A stretch of DNA of 56,544 nucleotides, filler included, from Sphacelaria rigidula (lineage: Eukaryota): the NCBI GenBank assembly GCA_964200075.2. It is 6 parts of 6 records of this genome, joined end to end, with 100 filler letters (N's around TTAATTAATTAA, not from the genome) between each part and the next. Parts side by side here need not be neighbours in the genome. Positions count along the whole stretch, not along the records: positions 47,206 to 56,544 come from CAXNAA020008716.1; 5 more parts are not named here. One strand, written 5' to 3'. The position numbers and the translations under genes were made by a program. Position 1 is the first letter of the stretch; each line of letters begins with the position of its first letter. The notes beneath the pieces are model-generated. The model worked only from the letters and a program-made list of their open reading frames with translations. It did not search any database and had not been told where the DNA came from. Of the stretch, positions 48,290 to 56,544 are shown piece after piece.

Positions 48290-49525
48290 GGAGGTAATGC
48301 CGATTCAACTGATGACCTAATCTCACCGTCAACCCTCGGACCGCGGTGCGGGTAGTCCATCAGGCATTATCCAAGTGAACGATGCCGACTCAATATATTG
48401 TCGCGGTCCAAGGGTCGACCCTCCGACAGCGAGAGTAGGTCATGTGTTTGATCGGCATGAAATTCACGTGGAAAAAGTGTGGAGGATCCAATTGGTGTAC
48501 GCTCGCGCCTCAAGGGTTGCAAGGGTAGGCGCGATATGTTGAGTCGGCATCAAATTCACTTGAAGGAAGTATTCATGGATCAATTGAAGTATCTGCGCTG
48601 CGGTCCATGGGTTACGGCGAGAGTAAGTCATGAGTTGAATCGGCATCATCTCCACCTGAATGTACCACCAGTGTCTAGATGGATGAACCCCCCAGGCTGA
48701 GCAAAAATACCCCGGCCCGGCCGAAAGAATATTCTTCCCGGATACCTTGATATAGCCGTTCCAACGAAATTGTCATGTTCTCCTGCCTACCGGAGTCGAA
48801 CCGAGGAGGTCTGGTACTTGTTCGGGGCCTTGTCTCACCGAAAGGTCACTTAAACAGTTGATGGGCATGGAACTCTCGGGAATATACTTTTTCGAATGAC
48901 TTGTCATTAGTCGCTCCGGTCGCTCAGTTGGCGGCGCGAGTAGCGCTTGTGGATGACATATACGCTTTTCAAGAGAATGCTGATGGCGAATCAGCAGGTG
49001 ACCTACCATCGCGGTCAAAATGTCAACCCTTGGACGGCGAGGGCAGATCATCTGTTGAATTGGCGTCAATTCACGTGAAAAAAGTATGTGTCATCCACAT
49101 GGATTTACCCTCGCCAAGGGTTAACCCTTGCATCGCGAGGGTAGGTCACATGGTGAATCGATACCTGGTATGAACTTGAAAACTCTGATGAAATTATGCG
49201 TGGTCCAGATGGACTACCCTCATCGCGTCCTACGGGTCAACTGTCGGACCGCGAGAATAGGCCATCTCGGCATCAATTTCTTTTGAACATGGTGTGTCCA
49301 AACCGAATAGAGGTCTAACGGTCAACCCTTGAACGGCGACAGCAGTAGGTCATCCGTTGAATCGGCATCAATTGCACTTGGGAAGGGTATGCATGACCCA
49401 GATGGATTACCCTCGCGGTCCAAGGGTTCAACCGCGGTGCGGGTAGTTCATCTAGGTCATTTATACTTTTTCAAAGTGATCATTGCTGGCGATTTCATAC
49501 ATCACCTACCCTCGCTGGGCCGCCC
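48290..49525. mobile_element. Stacked array of about 10 or more diverged piggyBac-type ~98-bp MITEs in mixed orientation
   Basis: Recurring AACCCTTGGACCGCGAGGGTAG / GAATCGGCATCAA / CTACCCTCGCGGTCCAAGGGTT units joined by single TTAA/TCAA/TCGA junctions. Confidence 0.8.
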
Positions 49526-51383
49526 AACCTGGCGCACAGGGATGTGGACACCCGATCCAGCAGTTCAATTTCGGGTTGTTTCCCATGATATTTGGCTACA
49601 GTATCCAAAACGACCGCATGTGCGAAGGCTCCATTTCCGGCCTCCTATACTCCTTTCTTGTGTCATTCACGATTTCGTTCCGAAAAAAACTGTTCTTGAA
49701 TACTCGATTGCCGATATCTCACGGTGAGAACGACCTGGACTTATCCTGAACGATATGTTCGTGTTCCAAGACTGGTTCCCACGTAAAGATATGCCAGCTA
49801 CGAAAAAATGAAACGCGGTTTTGCTGTTCAATCTCGAGTATTTCCACAAAATCCCGACACCATGCGCACGAGGTATGTTATGAAGTCGCCACTGTCCCCC
49901 CTGACACTTCTTTTTTCCCTGACATTTCGACGCTGTTTTACTAGAAAAAAATTGTTCCGAAATTTCGATCATCAATCACTCACGAGGGAAAGAAAAATAA
50001 ACTAGGGGGACACGGTAGGGGCCTCACATATACTCGATATATATCGTGTTCATCTGTCGAGAACCAGTTCACTTGCTTGGAGTGTACAACAACTTTAGCC
50101 GGAACTTCGACGTATTCTACGAGCCTTGAGGCGCTCGAGGTCTCGTCTGCGTGTCACCTCAGACCCTGCGCGCGTACAGTAGATGAATTGTTATACTATC
50201 ACAACTAGTGCAGCGCCATCATTCTGCGGCCGCGGCATAACCAACTGTAACCGTAAATTCAATTTCAGCCGTCTTCTCCCCCAATTCCCCTGCACACGCC
50301 AGTTTTTACTCTCTACACTTCGCGGCTGACTACAGTTTGGTAGTTCGTTTGATGAAATATGGTTGGATCACAGCGCCACGTGAATTCAAAGATGCGTTAA
50401 TTTGCAGATTATCACCATGTGTCATGGTAGCCACCACTCGCGATAGATCGTCGGTGAGACCCGGTTGAAGGAAAGTCCGCTCTTTTGGCGGCCCAGCCTG
50501 TGCGCATGATACAAATGCACTACCCCCATCGCGGTCTAAGGGTCAACCCTTGATCAATGCGGTGTTTCAACCGAACGGCACACCGTTTCCTTCGGAAGAA
50601 ACGATGAGATTTTTTCATTATACCCGGGTAATATCAAGAGTAGTGTGAAAATCAGTGTTCCCGTGCGGTGTAATCTCACGGGCAATCACTTCCGCTTTCA
50701 AATTCAACACAAAACAGTTCGGTACGAGGACACATTCGCTCATAGCACAACACCAGTCGAACGGAGTGTACAGCAGAGGGCAGCGCCCTGGTCGACTTGC
50801 GAAAGACGAAACAGTCAACACACCATGTACTCCATACTGTTCACAAGCATTTTTTTACGATGGAGTGTGTTGTCCAGGGTGTAGAATTTCGACACGAAAT
50901 ACAGGGAGTATGTGTGAAGACCCGATTCCACAATCTCTCCTATACATTTTGCATCTCCGTGCGTTACTGGCGACTAAATACGTCGGAATAGTTTTTTCAG
51001 TACGAAATCGTAAAAATTCTCACAAACGAAGTAAAATGTGAGGGAAAGATGAGGAGGTCTTCGCACATACGTCCACCACGTCGTGTCAGAATCTCATGAA
51101 GAAGACCCTGAATTGAGCAGCATAACCACGTGTTCACATTTCTGCTCGCATCTTGGGCGGCTCAGCCTGTGCTACTCCGTAGTCAGGATGCGAAAATGCT
51201 CCGCCTAGAGGCGATATCGCTGCCCCTGTTTTCCTCGATTTGCTACCTGCCCTTCTACGTACCATTCACCGCCGTTTGAATGACGGTGAGGGGCACTGGA
51301 TCCTGTTTCCGGTATACCCCCACCCCACCCCTCCACGCCCCTACCCCGAACTCGCGCAGTGGCTGTTGAGCGGGGCGTACATA

Positions 51384-51926
51384 AAGTAGTGAGCGGTTTA
51401 ACTATTCATTTTGTGACATTTTGTGATTTTTCGCGACCACGATTTTCTTGGGCTCTTTTCGCTTGCCACCGCCCGTCACATTGTAGATCTGAAGGTACCT
51501 GTATCCGCATCACATTCGTAAAACAATAAATAATCTACAGTCGATATTGATTGACTTTCGGGCTTGACGGTCATGGGGAGTTCTTCCACGTTGCAGCCCA
51601 GATTCTCACTGTTGGGAATTTTCGGTCGATCGAGCCTGTCCCGATCATATTTGTAAGAAACGTCCAGTTTATTTTTTGGAAATTGTACCTACTCATTGTA
51701 CTAGGGCCGAAACATTGTATTTTACGGCAATAACACCCTCCTGATGAACGAGGTATATACTCGTATCGCGCCATAACATCAACTTACCCTGTCTTAAGCA
51801 CTGTTTCGAGGGCGAGACTGTTTCTTGTCTCAAAATCTACCGACGCTAGCAATTTCGAGTTTAATGGAAGACTGGTACTCGAGGAAAACCCGAAACACCC
51901 CTAGATAGTTAGACCGCCCACAACTG
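51384..51926. mobile_element. Second copy of the 534-bp Tc1/mariner-type MITE
   Basis: Colinear with 31543-32076, slightly decayed TIRs, TA flanks. Confidence 0.85.
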
Positions 51927-52050
51927 TATGCCTAACCATCTGGCAGCCAAAGTAGGTTGTGGCCGTTTGTTTTCCTGTTGTGTCATGTCATGAACAATGG
52001 GCACCGGGCATTGCGCGGTGAATTGAACGCGGACTCAACCCACGCAGGCC

Positions 52051-53411
52051 ATGCCGGGACACGGAGACGGAAGTGAGCTCATGCAACAGACGCAGGCCAA
52101 GGTGGGAGACGACAAGCCCCCTCCGCCTTCACCCGCGGCAGATGGCGGCGCTAACTTCCCCGGTCAAAACGCGGAGGGTGATTTGCAAGACGGTCAGACG
52201 AACCCCAATGACGTTGGGATAGAGGGCTCCGGCGACCCGGCCTATGGCTCGCGCGCGGGAGGGGGGGACAAGTACGGACGCCCTAACGACCACCCCCACC
52301 TGGCGTACATCTACCGGGGAAGGGGGACTCAACCCACAGATGACGGAGAAGGCCAGGAGGAGGGCGAGGTAGAAATATGGCCTCGTTTTTTTCTAGCAGA
52401 TGGATGTCTACAAAGATTAACCTTCTGTTGATATCTAGCCGAGGATTTGTTGTGTTTCACTTACTCGTGTGCCACGTTTTACTGGATCAACCTTCCTACC
52501 GGTGGGGTAGATGATTCATCGAATAAGCCAATCTTTTTTTTTTATTTGCCTCCATATGTGAACACGATCAGCTAGCGTTGAAGGGAAGATGCCGATTCAA
52601 CGAGGCGTTGATCCGAGATATAGCTGTCTCGAGCACAAACATGGGCCCGGCTGTTTCCTGTGGATGCGAGATCCGTACCACGTGCGAGATCATCATCATT
52701 TGACTACTTTCCCTCCGAGCTCGACCTTTCATCTTTTAGCAGCCTGAAATTCGTGAGGGTGACGATACCACGAGGGAACGGCGAGTTTTCTCCCGTGCGG
52801 GAAATATCGTCTTGGGGGGGGCGTCAATCATCCCTTCTGGTGTCTCCACAAAATCGATGTGTCGAACTTGTTGGTAGCGGTTGTCGCTAGATTTACCGTG
52901 TAGTGAGACGGCATTGGTGAAAAGTAACTGCAACCTCCACTCCACACACGTTTCACGCACGCACTTTCTCCAAGAGAACTCAAGTCATCCCTGTGACGAC
53001 GAGAGTAGATCTGATCAGTTGAATCTGCATCAATTTTTCGAAGAAATTATCGATGATATGGACGGACTACCCGCTGACCATTAGCTCGCGATTCATACCA
53101 CTGCGCACGTGACTCGGCAATCTCAACAGTCGAACGTAATCGCATGGTACACCTGCACCGTTGGTTTGCTTCGTCACGTCCCTGTTTGTGTGACGTGCAG
53201 AACTCTTACCTTGGAGCGGCTCCGGCATCCAGCGTTGGAGGCGCTCGCCGCGCGGCAAGCCCCGACCCGAAGCCGGACGGACGCTCTGGTAGTCCTTCGG
53301 CGCAGGCCGCAGCCAGTGCTGCTGCTGCGGTTTCGGCGGCGGCTGTTGCGGCGGCGGCTGCCATGCCGCACCAGTCCCTCGAGCACGCCATGCAGACCAA
53401 GCTCTCCCTTG
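52051..53411 (+). CDS. Hypothetical protein, first two exons (52051-52368, 53201-53411); later exons not identified
   Basis: ATG in GCCATG context, GC-rich frames, GAG|GTAGAA donor joins CAG|AAC in phase 0, next donor G|GTGAGA; G/D-rich then poly-Ala. Confidence 0.65.
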
Positions 53412-56400
53412 GTGAGATGCCGGGTTGTGGCAAGAACGCTGTCGTGTTCTCGTGCGTCAAAAATATGCTCGTATAATCAGTCATGAAAGGGGCTTCTGTC
53501 GGAGGTCGCTCACGTTTAGTCGTCGAGTGTCGACACAGTTGAAATCACCGGTTCCCGGTTTCCTTGTACTGTTGTGTGTTCAGTCTGACACGGAGTACGT
53601 GGAGCGGCATGTACTGTCGTCATTCGGTTATCTCATTCTGGACTGCGACGCTTGTGGTTTTTTTTGTTTCACTTCGCGCGTGGGTTTGCGTGGGTTTGCG
53701 TGTCTAACACGCTTGATTTACTTCATGATTGTAGACTGCGTTCGCTAATATACACAACAGATAGATGAATGGAAACAGTTATCGTGGGCCGTTTTGTTGT
53801 GGCGAATCGTTTCACGTATCTCATCGGGTGTTTCCCTTGAATGACGACGGGTGTTTCACTTGAATGACGACGGGTGTTTTCTAACCTTACGGTCTCGTTC
53901 TTCGCCCTTGCGTTACATCGTTGTTCCTCGATCCCATTGCACCATAATCACCGTTATCCCCGATTACAAGAATAGGCGGTTCGGGGAGTTCTCCAGCTTC
54001 TGCCCAGCCTTCCTGAATCAAATACTTGGGTCGATGACCGTCGTATGAAGGCTCTGCGTGTCTCGCAGACCCATCACCGACGGCTGACGATGTGCTCGTG
54101 TCACGAGATGTGTCGGATATAGGGGTTGAAACGTTACCGGGACAAGGCGGTCGCCTCGCAATCTGTGTTTTCCTTTTTGTGTTGTGCCCCTGTCTCGTGC
54201 TGTCTTGGTTTTTAGGGGAGTCTGCTCCCTGCCTACCCGACCGATGGGTGTTTGGTTGACGTGTCGTGAAAAGAAGGGGGGGGTAGGGAGGTGATGATGT
54301 GAGAACATGTCGATTGATCGATTGAATTGTCGATCAAATGATGACCAAAATGCGGTTATGGTGTTCAGGTATGTGGTGAAAAGAAGGCGGGCTGCTTGAT
54401 TTTGCTCTCGCATTTTGTCGTCGTCCATTATGGTGTGTTCTTGCTTAGCAACACTCAGCTGTTGCTGTTGCTGTTGCGGCTGCTAACATGATTTTCTTTC
54501 TAACAAGGGGTAATGGGATGGGTTTCGAAATAGAGCGGTCAGCGGCAAAGTCTTCGATACTTTGAAAGATTCCGTACCGGTCTGCAGTTTTGACTCCAAA
54601 AGTGCGCCTTGCACACTGTGCCGCGTTAGGGTTTGAATTATAACCTGATAGTGTTGGGGGACTTGGCGCCTGGATGATGATCTCTCGGATCTTCGCGTGG
54701 CGAAGGATTCTGACTTGTTGACAAAGGGTAATACCCGGGGACGGGAGGGTGTGTGTATGCAGGAGCGGTTGAACCGATCCTGGGGGTCCGGGGGGTGACG
54801 GGGGGATGCATTTTTTTCATGTATCTGTATGCCTCATTTTTGCATGTTTTGCATTTTGATATGCCCGAAGACATGCTTTCTTGTGGTTGAACAGAGGGAA
54901 GGTGGGGGGGAATATTGACTACCACTCGGTGCCACACGAAGCACGTAGTATTTTCATGGCGAAGACTTGGAGTGATTGTAGCGCGAGGCGGGGCGAAGGG
55001 GATATGGAGATGACCTTCGCAATTCCATGGAAAATCCTGGTGTTCGACGTGTTGATGTTCGGCCTCGTGGCAGACTCGTCGTATTCGACGTACGGTGTCA
55101 CCGAGTTTTATATACGAGTAAAGATTTGAACAGTTACCCAATGAGGATAACATGTGGTATGGTGCGTATGTCCAGTGGTGCGGTGAACGGCGTTGCTCGT
55201 GACGTACGTGTCGTTCATCGCCGACAAGAAGGGTGGTTAAATTTCGTATTCATCTTGGAAACACGACACAACTGACGTTTCATAATGGGAAGGTACACTA
55301 AGGAAGGACTAGCCGCCGCATTGTGGGTGCCATGGCGTGTGAGCAATGAAGCCCTTGAAGCGAGCAATCACGCCGTGCCCTGTTGTCACGTGTAGTCGAG
55401 GGAGGAGGAGGGGTTGTATTCTGGTGATCGTCGACGAGTAGCGTCACCGTGGATGCGGAAGACGATAAACATATTTTGGCGATTTTGTTGGGTCAAGAAT
55501 TCATCATCTACGAATCGCATTGATGTCCTTTACTCAGCAGTTGCGAAGGCGCCTTGCTCTCCTGCGTTGTCATGGACTCGAGGACAAATGCATCCGTGAC
55601 CGGCTTGCGTGTTTTAAAACAGTCTTGCCGGGACATGCAGCAGCCAAGTATGCGGGTTGGTGCAAGCGGAGAGGAGGGAAAAAGCCGAAAATAGCGTGTG
55701 GTGTGTGTGCGGCGTAGACTGAGCCGTAGCATCTCGTAACGTATCACTTGATGTTGTGGGCCATGTGGTGGTTCCGCGTGTGCATATCCGTGACGACTGG
55801 TTGAACTTCTGCATCTCGTTTAACATCCTCACCCTTCCATCCCCGTTCTGTCGTCGACAACCGTCGTTCCGGCGGATTCCTTAGGAGGGACGATGGTTGA
55901 TGTTCAACCGAAGAAGGCCCGAGGACGTATGAACAAGGAGTGATGATGTTTTTGGAATGGGGGGGATGTAGTGCAGTTGGTGTGATGCCTTTCTTCGCCT
56001 GTCTCGTGGCGCGTGCGTTTGCGATTGGGGCATCTTGTAAAAGCGTGTTTTTTATTTTTTTTTCCTTTCCTTTATCCATGCGTCGGGGGAAATATTAATT
56101 ATCGTTACTTGCCGCTTCCCTCAACTGTGCCGAACACGGAAGAAGGGAGTTTTGAGAAAATAAAAATGTTGTGTTCTTTTAGAAGTTATTTTCCTTCCTC
56201 TTTTTTGTCCTCATTTTGTCATGTCTCTAGGTGGGCGTTTTCTCTCCCCGCTTGCTCCAACGATGACCCGTATTTGACTTTTGCCCGAGTGACGAATAGG
56301 CGGAGATCTGTGCCTTGGCCGCTAGTCTTTCCGTTAGAACCTTGCAATTCCATGGTTGTGGGAATTCGGCGAAATTTCCAAATCTCGACTTATGCTTCTG

Positions 56401-56544
56401 GATCGATACGAAATGACGAATGGTCGAATCACCCGAAGAGGCTCGGTGGGGAGGAAAAGAAGAGGGTGGGGGGAGGAGGGAGGAGGGAGGGAGGGTCATC
56501 GGAATAGTTGAGCGTCAAGGATCATTTGCCATGGGACAATGGTT

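Noticed and set aside
48290-49525. CRISPR-like repeat-spacer appearance
   Set aside because: The inner segments are homologous to each other, orientation is mixed, units match a dispersed TIR element, and no cas genes are present
54000-56544. Long ORFs at 54638-55153 and 56013-56507
   Set aside because: Composition looks intronic and no motifs or splice-consistent exons were recognised

Overview
Eukaryotic genomic DNA, most likely from a brown alga or related photosynthetic stramenopile (inferred from a signal peptide + SAF plastid-targeting motif, kb-long GT-AG introns and dense small repeats). The window is not contiguous: six contigs (five of 9341 bp, the last 9339 bp) are joined by identical 100-nt N44-TTAATTAATTAA-N44 linkers, so no synteny can be read across joins. 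Host genes: a two-exon C9orf85/DUF2039 homologue divergent from the first exon of a plastid-targeted protein (contig 1), a low-complexity multi-exon gene (contig 3), an eight-exon 3'-partial PP2C phosphatase (contig 4) and a 5'-end gene fragment (contig 6). Contigs 2 and 5 carry two distinct, decayed Ty3/Gypsy LTR retrotransposon families. Their notable traits are integrases ending in Tudor-like modules (after a chromodomain in contig 2), a CCCH-finger Gag, a WLDD RT motif, a gag-pol UGA followed by a hairpin/pseudoknot suggesting readthrough, a ~29-nt primer-binding site, and an LTR flanked by both a PPT and a PBS. The remainder is tRNA-derived SINEs and MITEs with TA, 8-bp or TTAA target duplications, including a stacked array of a ~98-bp piggyBac-type MITE. 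Family assignments come from motif recognition by eye, not database searches.
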